Source: an uncultured Chloroflexia bacterium (GTDB lineage Bacteria > Chloroflexota > Anaerolineae > Anaerolineales > Anaerolineaceae). Taken from it: 32,000 nucleotides of DNA. Each line of letters begins with the position of its first letter. Position 1 is the stretch's first letter. Shown here piece after piece: positions 23,926 to 31,823 of this stretch. The translations under genes and the position numbers were made by a program. The stretch is taken from positions 2,280,001-2,312,000 of the forward strand of contig OY969938.1 of NCBI GenBank assembly GCA_963704755.1. The letters run 5' to 3'. The notes beneath the pieces were generated by a model. The model was given only the letters and a program-made list of their open reading frames with translations. It made no database searches and was not told the origin of the DNA.

Positions 23926-26256
23926 TTGGGAACTTTAATGGATCAAAAAGAAATGCACGACCTGGAAGCCGAATGCGTCCAGGAATGTGCCCCACCTTGC
24001 ACGGCAGCCTGCCCATTGCACGTAGATGTGCGTGCGTTGAACGCGGCCCTCAGCCAGGGCGACTTTTCCGCCGGTTTGCAGATCCTCAAAAAAAGCCTGC
24101 CTTTCCCCGGGATCATTGGCCGCATCTGCGAGCAGCCCTGCCGGGACGTCTGCCGGCGCAATGAAGCCATCGCGATTGCCAGCCTGGAGCGTGCCTGTGC
24201 GGACTGGGGCGAAACGGCCCCGGCCAAAAGCGGCACTCCAACGCTGCGTAAGCAGCGCGTTGCCATTGTCGGCGGGGGCCTGAGCGGCCTGACCGCTGCT
24301 TTCGATTTAGCCCGGAAGCGCTACAGTGTGGTGCTCTTCGAGGCCAGCGGCTACCTGGGCGGCAGCCTGTGGTCGCTGCCGGAAAGCCGCCTGCCGCGCC
24401 CGGTCATCGAGGCCGAAACGGCCCTGGTCGCCAAAATGGGTGTAGAAGTGCACCTGAACAGCCCGGTCAGTACCGAAGCCGGTTCGGGCAGCGTCTCTCT
24501 CTGGCAGCTCCAGCGTGATTTCGAAGCCGTTTACCTGGCGGTGGGGAGCCACCCGGCCGGGCGTTTTTCGTTTTCTTCCGATCCGGTCGACCCACTGACG
24601 TACGCCACCGGCCAGGAGGGCATCTTCGCCGGCGGTGAAATGCTGAAAAAGGATGGCCCGGTTTCGCCGGTCGCGGCCATGTCGGACGGGCGCCGGGCGG
24701 CCACCTCGATCGAGCGCTTCGTCCAGCGGGTTTCGCTGACCGCCTCGCGCGCCAACGAAGGCGCCTACGAAAGCTGCCTGTACACCAACACCGCGGGCCA
24801 GCCCGTTCTGCCGGTCACACCGGCCGGCCACACTGCCGCCGGCTACAGCCGGGAAGAAGCCCAAAGCGAAGCCGGCCGCTGCCTTCAATGCGAGTGCCTG
24901 GAATGCACCAAAGTGTGCGAATACCTGGCCCGTTTTGGCAGCTACCCGAAGAAATATATCCGCCAGATCTACAACAACCTGACCATCGTGATGGGCACCC
25001 GCTCGGCCAACAAGCTGATCAACTCGTGCAGTCTGTGCGGGCTGTGCGCCGAGGTTTGCCCGACCGACCTGGACATGGGAGCCCTGTGCAAGCAGGCCCG
25101 CCAGGTGATGGTGGCCCAGGGGCACATGCCCCCTTCGGCCCACGATTTCGCCTTACGCGATATGCAGTTCAGTAACAGCGCTAAATTTGCCCTGGCCCGC
25201 CACCAGCCGGGTAGCGAGACCAGCACGTATGTTTTCTTCCCCGGCTGCCAGCTCAGCGCCTCGGCCCCCGAGCAGGTGGAGCAGGTCTATGCCTACCTGC
25301 GCGAAAAGCTGTCCGGCGTGGGCCTGCTGCTGCGCTGCTGCGGCGCGCCGGCCGATTGGGCCGGGCGCAGCGACCTGGTCCAGGATAACCTGGCGGAACT
25401 CTCGGCCCAAATTGCCGCAATGGGCCACCCGCGCGTCATCCTGGCCTGTTCGAGCTGTTACCAGATCTTCAAGACCCGCCTGCCGGACGTCGAAATCGTC
25501 TCGCTGTGGGAGCTGTTCGAACAGCTCGGCCTGCCCCAGGGCGCTCCGCAGGGCAAGGACCGGGTGGTGGCCATCCACGACCCGTGTACCACCCGCTACG
25601 AATCGCATATTCAAGACAGCGTGCGCAGCCTGGTCGGCCGGCTGGGATACCGGGTCGAAGAGCTGCCCCTTAGCCGCGAGAAAACCACCTGCTGCAGCTA
25701 CGGGGGCGTGATGTGGCTGGCCAACCCGGAATTGGCCCAGGAAGTGGTCGAGCGGCGCATCAGCGCCAGCCCGGCCGATTACCTGACCTACTGCGCCATG
25801 TGCCGCGATTTCTTCGCCAACCACGGCAAGCGCACGCTGCACCTGCTCGACCTGGTCTTTGGCGGCGATTGGGATGCGCGGGCAACCCTTCCCGGGCCCG
25901 GCTACTCTCAACGGCACGAAAACCGGGCCAGGCTCAAACAAAAATTACTCAAAGAAGTCTGGGGTGAAACGATGACCGGACAAGAAGATTACGAATCGGT
26001 CCGCTTGGTGATCCCCGAGGACGTCGGGCAGCGCCTGGAAGACCGCCTGATCCTGGTCGAAGACATCCAGCGCGTGATTGCGTACGCCGAAAGGACCGGC
26101 CGCAAGTTCCGCCAGGCCCAGACCGGCCGCTTTCTGGCGCATTATTGCCCCACGCGGGTGACCTACTGGGTCGAGTATTCCCCCCAGGGAGATGCCTTCG
26201 AGGTCCACAACGCCTACAGCCACCGCATGGAAGTCGGGGAGGGCCAGAAATCATGA
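23926..26256 (+). CDS. Fusion oxidoreductase: GltD-like Fe-S/FAD module, HdrC-like 2x[4Fe-4S], two HdrB/GlcF-like CCG domains, and a C-terminal domain of unknown function
   Basis: N-terminal CxxxC..CP Fe-S region, a single dinucleotide fold VAIVGGGLSGLTAAFDL..FEASGYLGG, CLQCECLECTKVCEY and CSLCGLCAEVCP, then CCG motifs FFPGCQ...RCCGAP and HDPCTT...TCCSYGG. The start is ambiguous: TTG at 23926 or ATG at 23938. Confidence 0.85.
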   Translation: MGTLMDQKEMHDLEAECVQECAPPCTAACPLHVDVRALNAALSQGDFSAGLQILKKSLPFPGIIGRICEQPCRDVCRRNEAIAIASLERACADWGETAPAKSGTPTLRKQRVAIVGGGLSGLTAAFDLARKRYSVVLFEASGYLGGSLWSLPESRLPRPVIEAETALVAKMGVEVHLNSPVSTEAGSGSVSLWQLQRDFEAVYLAVGSHPAGRFSFSSDPVDPLTYATGQEGIFAGGEMLKKDGPVSPVAAMSDGRRAATSIERFVQRVSLTASRANEGAYESCLYTNTAGQPVLPVTPAGHTAAGYSREEAQSEAGRCLQCECLECTKVCEYLARFGSYPKKYIRQIYNNLTIVMGTRSANKLINSCSLCGLCAEVCPTDLDMGALCKQARQVMVAQGHMPPSAHDFALRDMQFSNSAKFALARHQPGSETSTYVFFPGCQLSASAPEQVEQVYAYLREKLSGVGLLLRCCGAPADWAGRSDLVQDNLAELSAQIAAMGHPRVILACSSCYQIFKTRLPDVEIVSLWELFEQLGLPQGAPQGKDRVVAIHDPCTTRYESHIQDSVRSLVGRLGYRVEELPLSREKTTCCSYGGVMWLANPELAQEVVERRISASPADYLTYCAMCRDFFANHGKRTLHLLDLVFGGDWDARATLPGPGYSQRHENRARLKQKLLKEVWGETMTGQEDYESVRLVIPEDVGQRLEDRLILVEDIQRVIAYAERTGRKFRQAQTGRFLAHYCPTRVTYWVEYSPQGDAFEVHNAYSHRMEVGEGQKS

Positions 26257-26462
26257 GCGAAGTACCGCAAGGGACGCCCGGCGAATGGCTATGCGCGAAC
26301 TGTAACTTGCCTTTGCAGCCCGGACAGATCACCGTGGCTTACCTGGGGAATTCCTACCCGGTCAGCCTGCTGCGCTGCCCCAACTGCGGCCTGGTCCTGG
26401 TGCCGGAAGACCTGGCGCTGGGCAAAATGGCCGAGGTGGAGAAAGCCCTGGAAGATAAATAA
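26253..26462 (+). CDS. Small zinc-ribbon / rubredoxin-like protein (DVU_1557-like, by recollection)
   Basis: 69 aa with CANC...(22 aa)...CPNC. Its ATG overlaps the upstream TGA (ATGA at 26253-26256). The longer ORF from 26145 is rejected. Confidence 0.7.
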   Translation: MSEVPQGTPGEWLCANCNLPLQPGQITVAYLGNSYPVSLLRCPNCGLVLVPEDLALGKMAEVEKALEDK

Positions 26463-26473
26463 CAGGCGCCCCG

Positions 26474-27196
26474 TTGAACTGGATCGAAGACCGCACGCGC
26501 ATCTACGAAAGGGCCGAGGTCCAACAGGCCCTGGGCGAAACGCTGCGGCCCGGCGGCCTGGCTTTGACCAAACGAGCGTTGGAGTATTGCGACCTGCTGC
26601 CCGGCGCGCGTGTGCTGGACGCGGGCTGCGGCGCCGGACTGACGGTGCAGTACCTGCGCAAAGCCGGCTACCTGGCCTGCGGGATCGACCTTTCGCTCGC
26701 GCTGCTGGGAAAAGGACGCCAGCAGTACCTGGATGTAGCCCTGGCGGACGCGGTTCATCTGCCCCTGCCAGCCGGCCGGATGGAGGCCATATTTTGCGAG
26801 TGCAGCCTTTCGGTATTCGCCCAGGCGGACGATGCCTTGAGAGAATTTTACCGGCTGCTCAACCGCTCCGGCTACCTGGTCATCAGCGACCTGTACGCGC
26901 GTAACCCGGCCCACCTGGCGGCGCTCCGCGCTCTGCCGGCCGGCAGTTGCATCCGCGGGATGATGTCCCAGGCCGATCTGCTGGCGCGGCTGGCCGCCTA
27001 TGGGCTCGAACTGCTGATCTGGGAGGACCATTCCGAGGCGCTGCGCCACATTTCCTGCCAGACGCTGGCCATGCCCAACCTCTCCGCCCTGGACCAGGGC
27101 GAGACCGGTGGGTGCGGCCTGGACGCCCTGGACTTGCAGCTCGCCATCGCCAAAGCCCGGCCGGGCTACTTCTTATTGATCGCTCAAAAGCATTGA
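26474..27196 (+). CDS. Class I SAM-dependent methyltransferase
   Basis: Motif I VLDAGCGAGLTV, the acidic loop GIDLS, and post-I/II pattern. It uses a TTG start 11 nt after the upstream stop, and no in-frame ATG precedes motif I. Confidence 0.8.
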   Translation: MNWIEDRTRIYERAEVQQALGETLRPGGLALTKRALEYCDLLPGARVLDAGCGAGLTVQYLRKAGYLACGIDLSLALLGKGRQQYLDVALADAVHLPLPAGRMEAIFCECSLSVFAQADDALREFYRLLNRSGYLVISDLYARNPAHLAALRALPAGSCIRGMMSQADLLARLAAYGLELLIWEDHSEALRHISCQTLAMPNLSALDQGETGGCGLDALDLQLAIAKARPGYFLLIAQKH

Positions 27197-27244
27197 TGGC
27201 CCTGGCGGACAAAACCGCAGGGCGTTTGCACAGGAGGTTTAGCC

Positions 27245-27688
27245 ATGGATGATATGGATCGCATGCGCGAGATGAAAGCCGAAGGTTTTCTTTGCAGCCA
27301 GATCCTGCTGAAACTGGGCCTGGAGTTGCAGGGCAAAGAAAACCCCGACCTGGTCCGGGCGGCAAACGGCCTGGCCAGGGGATTGGGTTTCTCCGGCGAA
27401 CTGTGCGGCGCGCTGACCGGCGGAGCCTGTTTGCTGGGGTTGTACGCCGGCAAGGGCCTGCCCGAGGACGAAGAAAATCCTCAACTGGATTTTATGGTGA
27501 CCGACCTGGTGAAATGGTTCAAACAGGAATACGGGCAGATGTACGGCGGCGTCCGCTGCCTGGATATCGCCGGCAACGACAGCAAAAATATGGCCACGCG
27601 CTGCCCGCTGATCGTGTTGGGCACGTTCCAACGGGTCAAGGAAATGCTGGTCGAGAACGGCTTCAACCTGGCAGGAGCGGACGAATGA
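27245..27688 (+). CDS. C_GCAxxG_C_C family protein (putative redox-active Cys protein)
   Basis: 147 aa with GFLCSQ, the GELCGALTGG core, VRCLDI and ATRCPLIV, which is the four conserved Cys pattern that names the family. CAGGAGG lies 7 nt upstream of the ATG. Confidence 0.8.
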   Translation: MDDMDRMREMKAEGFLCSQILLKLGLELQGKENPDLVRAANGLARGLGFSGELCGALTGGACLLGLYAGKGLPEDEENPQLDFMVTDLVKWFKQEYGQMYGGVRCLDIAGNDSKNMATRCPLIVLGTFQRVKEMLVENGFNLAGADE

Positions 27689-29202
27689 GCTGCTGTGGCG
27701 AAAAGCCAGCCAAAACCACGGAAACAACCTGCGGCTGCACTTCGGCACCTGCGTCCGGCGGCGGCGATAACTCAGCCGAGACTGCGGAAACAGCCTGCGA
27801 CTGTGCTCCGGCTCCCACATCCTGCTGCTGCCCATCGGAGGAAAGCGAGCAGGTGCTTTCTCTCACCGAGAGTGTTTGCCCCGAATGCCTGACGCGCCTG
27901 CCGGCCCGCCGGGTAGCCCGCGGCGAGAACGTTTACCTGGAAAAGTTCTGCCCCCAGCACGGCTTCTTCCAGACCGTCATCTGGCGCGGGCAGCCCGCCT
28001 TTTTGAGCTGGGTGCGGCCCAAAATTCCCACCGCACCGCGCTACCCCTTTACCCGGGTAGAGCAGGGCTGCCCGTTCGACTGCGGCCTGTGCCCCGACCA
28101 TCGCCAGCAGCCCTGCTGCGTCCTGCTGGACGTGACCCAGCGCTGCGACCTGGCCTGCGCTTTCTGTTTTGCCAGCGCGGGCGGCGCGAAGCCGGCCGTA
28201 GACCCGTCGCTGGACGAGATCGAGGGCTGGTACCGGCGTCTGCTGGAGGCCGGCGGGCCGTTCAACATCCAGCTTTCCGGAGGCGAGCCCAGCCTGCGAG
28301 ACGACTTGCCTGAGATCATCGCCCTGGGAAAGTCACTGGGGTTCACCTTTTTCCAGATCAACACCAATGGGCTGCGTCTGGCCAGGGACCCGGAATATTT
28401 GCACCGGCTCAAAGCCGCCGGGCTCTGCACCGTTTTCTTGCAGTTCGACGGCACCTGCGATGAAATCTACCGGCAAATGCGTGGCCGGAAGCTGCTGGCC
28501 CAGAAGAAGCAGGTCATCGAACGCTGCGCCGCGGAAGGCCTGGGCGTGGTGCTGGTGCCCACCCTGGTGCCCGGGGTCAACACCGCCAACATCGGCGAGA
28601 TCATCCGCCTGGCGCTGGACTATGTGCCAACCGTACGCGGGGTGCACTTCCAACCGGTCAGCTATTTTGGCCGCTATCCCCAGGCGCCGCGCGATGCGGA
28701 CCGGATCACCATCCCCGAGGTCATCTGCGCCGTCGAAGAACAAACCGGCAAGCTGATCGGGCGTGAGAGTTTTCTGCCCCCCGGCGGCGAGAATGCGCTG
28801 TGCTCCTTCCACGCCAATTTTGTGGTCATGCCCGACGGGACCCTGGCCCCCTTGACCCACCTCGAAGTCAATTCCTGCGGCTGCGGCAAGCCGGAACGGG
28901 CCGACGAAGGCGCGCTCAAGTCGCGCCTGGTCACGGCCAAACAATGGGCCGCCCCGCTGGCCGTCGAGGCCAAAAGCGAGTGCTGCGGCAGCAGCCTGGG
29001 CGGCTGGGACGTGTTCCTGGAGCGGGCCAAAACCCACACCTTCAGCGTCTCCGGCATGGCCTTTCAGGACGCCTGGAACCTGGACCTGGAGCGCCTGCGC
29101 GACTGCTACATCATGCAGGTGAGCCAGTCCAACAACCTGGTGCCCTTCTGCGCCTATAACCTGACCGACCGGCAGGGCCGGTCGTTGTACCGGGGAAAGT
29201 AA
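27685..29202 (+). CDS. Radical SAM enzyme of the COG1964 / Tes (GDGT-MAS, MJ0619)-like architecture with a Cys-rich N-terminal tail
   Basis: CDLACAFC (CxxxCxxC) follows a zinc-ribbon-like CPEC...CPQHG and an auxiliary GCPFDCGLCPDH..CC. SGGEP and the C-terminal MAFQDAWNLDLERLRDC...PFCAYN are also present. The ATG at 27685 overlaps the upstream TGA. The ORF extension back to 27292 overlaps the previous gene and is rejected. Confidence 0.85.
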   Translation: MSCCGEKPAKTTETTCGCTSAPASGGGDNSAETAETACDCAPAPTSCCCPSEESEQVLSLTESVCPECLTRLPARRVARGENVYLEKFCPQHGFFQTVIWRGQPAFLSWVRPKIPTAPRYPFTRVEQGCPFDCGLCPDHRQQPCCVLLDVTQRCDLACAFCFASAGGAKPAVDPSLDEIEGWYRRLLEAGGPFNIQLSGGEPSLRDDLPEIIALGKSLGFTFFQINTNGLRLARDPEYLHRLKAAGLCTVFLQFDGTCDEIYRQMRGRKLLAQKKQVIERCAAEGLGVVLVPTLVPGVNTANIGEIIRLALDYVPTVRGVHFQPVSYFGRYPQAPRDADRITIPEVICAVEEQTGKLIGRESFLPPGGENALCSFHANFVVMPDGTLAPLTHLEVNSCGCGKPERADEGALKSRLVTAKQWAAPLAVEAKSECCGSSLGGWDVFLERAKTHTFSVSGMAFQDAWNLDLERLRDCYIMQVSQSNNLVPFCAYNLTDRQGRSLYRGK

Positions 29203-29224
29203 ACACCTCCCTCATCCCTCCCAA

Positions 29225-29263
29225 CCCTCCCTTCCCCCAAATTGGGGGAAGGGAGGGCTTTTT
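29225..29263 (+). terminator. Rho-independent terminator of the plus-strand operon
   Basis: CCCTCCCTTCCCCC (29225-29238), loop AAATT, GGGGGAAGGGAGGG (29244-29257), followed by CTTTTT. It starts 23 nt after the radical SAM stop. Confidence 0.8.
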
Positions 29264-29310
29264 AAGCCCCTCTCACGTTTCTGGGAGAGGGGTTGGGGTG
29301 AGGGCTCTGC
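29262..29310 (-). repeat. REP-like element, same family as 13258-13316
   Basis: The reverse complement reads GCCCTCACCCCAACCCCTCTCCCAGAAACGTGAGAGGGG. Compare 13270-13314. Confidence 0.7.
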
Positions 29311-29343
29311 GCCGGACTTTACCGGGCTGCTGGCGCTAGAGCG

Positions 29344-29985
29344 TTAGCTATTCAAATGATGCTGTACGGCCAGCGCGACGGCCTCGGCGCGGTTGGCTGC
29401 GTCCAGTTTGGAGAGGATGTGGCTGACGTGGTGCTTGACCGTGGATGGGCTGACGACCAGTTGTTTGGCGATTTCAGTGTTGTTCAGGCCCTTGACCAAC
29501 AGCGCCAACACCTCGCGCTCGCGGTCGCTCAAATCGTGGCCAAGCTGGGGGGGCTGGGAGGCGGCGCGCAGCAGAGCCTGGGCGGCCTCCGGTGACAGGG
29601 TCGATTGGCCGGCGTTGGCCAGGCGGATGGCCTCGGCCAGCTCGTCTGCCTGGACATCTTTGATTAAATAGCCAATCGCCCCAGCCCGCAGGGCTTTTTG
29701 AACCAACGCCTCATCTTTAAAACTGGTCAAAACCAATACCCGGGTCTGGGGGCAGCACTCACGGATCGCCTGGGTGGCCTCGGCTCCGTCCATACCGGGC
29801 AAAGCCAGGTCCATCAGCACCACATCCGGCTGAACCTGGGGGCAGAGCTGGACGGCCTCTTCGCCTGTCCGCACGTCTCCTACCAGTTCCAAATCGTCAT
29901 ACGCCGCAAGAAAAGCCGACAAACCGCTGCGAAACACGGCATGGTCATCGACGATCATCACTCGAATGGTTTTAGCTGCGATCAT
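29344..29985 (-). CDS. NarL/FixJ-type response regulator (REC plus LuxR HTH)
   Basis: IRVMIVDDH...DVVLMDLALPGMDG receiver domain, and the C-terminal LSDREREVLALLVKGLNNTEIAKQLVVSPSTVKHHVSHILSKL. Confidence 0.92.
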   Translation of the reverse strand: MIAAKTIRVMIVDDHAVFRSGLSAFLAAYDDLELVGDVRTGEEAVQLCPQVQPDVVLMDLALPGMDGAEATQAIRECCPQTRVLVLTSFKDEALVQKALRAGAIGYLIKDVQADELAEAIRLANAGQSTLSPEAAQALLRAASQPPQLGHDLSDREREVLALLVKGLNNTEIAKQLVVSPSTVKHHVSHILSKLDAANRAEAVALAVQHHLNS

Positions 29986-31823
29986 GACTGCTCCTTAGGG
30001 GATGATTCCAACCAGGTCACTTCGATTTGAGTGCCACAGCCCGGCTTGGTTTTCAGCTTCATTGTCGCATGAATGGCGGCCGCCCGCTCATGCATAATCT
30101 TCAAGCCCAGATGCTCCGGCGAGACACAATCCGGCTCGAACCCGCAGCCATCGTCGCAAATCGTTATTTCTACCCGCTCAGGCAGGAAACGCAGGTTCAC
30201 CGCCGTCTGGCTGGGGTTGGCGTATTTCGCCACGTTATTCAAAGCTTCCTGGGTGATGCGGTACAAGGCGACCTGTACGTCCGGCGGGAGCATGCGGTCC
30301 CCCTCTACCGTCAGCGTGATGGGAATGCGTGTCCGGCTGGCAATGGCCTGGGTCAAGTGCTTGAAAAGGTCGCCCAGTTTGGCTTCTTTCAATGCGGAGG
30401 GGCGCAGCTCGAACAACAGCGTGCGCATTTCGGCCAAGGCCCCGCGGGTCAACTGGCGCAATTCCTCCAGGCGCCGGCGGCCTTCGGCCTGGTCCCGGTC
30501 CCACAGTCGCGGGATGACCTCGGCCATCAAGCTGGTTGAAAAGAGAGTCTGGCTGACGGCGTCGTGCAGCTCGCGGGCCAGGCGGTTGCGTTCGGCCATC
30601 ACCGCCGCTTGCTCGGCTTGCATACGCAGGCGGGCGTTTTCAATCGCCAGGGCGACCTGATCGCTGAAGGCCAGGGCCATGCCGATCTCTTCCTCAGAAA
30701 AAGCCTGCGGCTGCTGATAATACATCGAAATACCGCCGTAAACCTGGCCCTTAATGATCAGGGGCACGGCCAGCCAGGCCTGGTAAAGCGCGGTCATCTG
30801 GTTGACCAGGCTCCATTCGGTGGGGGTCATGGTCAGGTCTGACTCGTCATCCAAAGTGTCGGCCGCATTGGCCACCGCCACCGGCTGGCGGGTCAAGATG
30901 GCCTGGCGTACAGCTTCGCGCCCGGCCGACATCGCTTCGGTGTTCATAAATTCAGCCGGCAGCCCGTGAGCCGCTTGAACGGCAAGGTTGATGCCATTAG
31001 GCTGTAAGGAATAAATGGCCATCGCCTGGCAGTCCAGCAAGCGGCTGCTGACATGTTCGACGATATACCCCAAAATGTCATCCAGCGAGCGATTCGAGTT
31101 CAAAATGGCCATCATCACCCGCAGACCCTCGGCCATCTGGTGGCGTCCTTCGGCCTCGAGCCGCCGTTCTTGCTGCTCCTGGTAAAGGCGCGCGTTTTGC
31201 AGGCCAATCACCGCGCTGGGGGCCAACATACTCACCACCCGCAGGCTGTCGGCGCCTAATACCGCCTTGTCGTGGTCCGCCATCGCGATGACCCCGATCG
31301 GCCGGATCCCCGAAATGAGCGGCACCGTCATATAACTGTGGATATTGCCAAAGCGCTTGATGGCTTCGCGGTAAAGCCGGGTGTCGTCGCTTTGTACATC
31401 TGCGATCATGATCGGCTGGCTGGTTTGAATGGATAAACCGGCCACCGATTGCGCCACCGGGATACGATAGCCGATCAATTCTTCGGGGTGCTTGTGCCCA
31501 GACACCGCAGCGATCTGCAAGTCATTTCCTTCCAGCACGTACAACAAACTCAATTGGGCTGAAGTGAGGCGTTGGGCCGCATCGGCAATCAACTGCAATA
31601 CATCGCTCAAATCAAGCTGGCTGGTAATAGCCTGCTGGATGGTCAGCAGGGTCACTAACTCGTCGGCATGTTGTTTGGTCGAACAAGGGGTATTCGTATA
31701 ATGGCAAGAAGGCCAATCCACCGAGGGGGTGATCGTTTCCAGGTTTGGTTTTTTAGAGATGCTATTTTCTTTGACCATTCTCGCGTTTTTGGGGGAGTGA
31801 GCCAGGGATTTACTTTCAGGCAT
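29982..31823 (-). CDS. Cytoplasmic sensor histidine kinase (two GAF-like regions, HisKA_3, HATPase_c)
   Basis: H-box ARELHDAVSQTLFS, N-box EALNNVAKYA, DDGCGF and GLKIMHERA. No TM segments were seen. The N-terminal ~400 aa has two GAF-like repeats. It overlaps the response regulator start by 4 nt. Confidence 0.88.
   Translation of the reverse strand: MPESKSLAHSPKNARMVKENSISKKPNLETITPSVDWPSCHYTNTPCSTKQHADELVTLLTIQQAITSQLDLSDVLQLIADAAQRLTSAQLSLLYVLEGNDLQIAAVSGHKHPEELIGYRIPVAQSVAGLSIQTSQPIMIADVQSDDTRLYREAIKRFGNIHSYMTVPLISGIRPIGVIAMADHDKAVLGADSLRVVSMLAPSAVIGLQNARLYQEQQERRLEAEGRHQMAEGLRVMMAILNSNRSLDDILGYIVEHVSSRLLDCQAMAIYSLQPNGINLAVQAAHGLPAEFMNTEAMSAGREAVRQAILTRQPVAVANAADTLDDESDLTMTPTEWSLVNQMTALYQAWLAVPLIIKGQVYGGISMYYQQPQAFSEEEIGMALAFSDQVALAIENARLRMQAEQAAVMAERNRLARELHDAVSQTLFSTSLMAEVIPRLWDRDQAEGRRRLEELRQLTRGALAEMRTLLFELRPSALKEAKLGDLFKHLTQAIASRTRIPITLTVEGDRMLPPDVQVALYRITQEALNNVAKYANPSQTAVNLRFLPERVEITICDDGCGFEPDCVSPEHLGLKIMHERAAAIHATMKLKTKPGCGTQIEVTWLESSPKEQS

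Noticed and set aside
106-29037. Many long antisense or alternative-frame ORFs: 106-861, 3297-4700, 4616-5671, 9430-10155, 10544-11605, 13598-14779, 15357-16544, 16876-17829, 17241-18149, 18717-20066, 21418-22461, 24307-25143, 25153-25941, 26354-27049, 28333-29037.
   Set aside because: Each lies fully within a motif-supported gene on the other strand or frame. They are Arg/Ala/Gly/Pro/Gln-rich with no recognisable motifs, as expected for shadow ORFs in GC-rich DNA.
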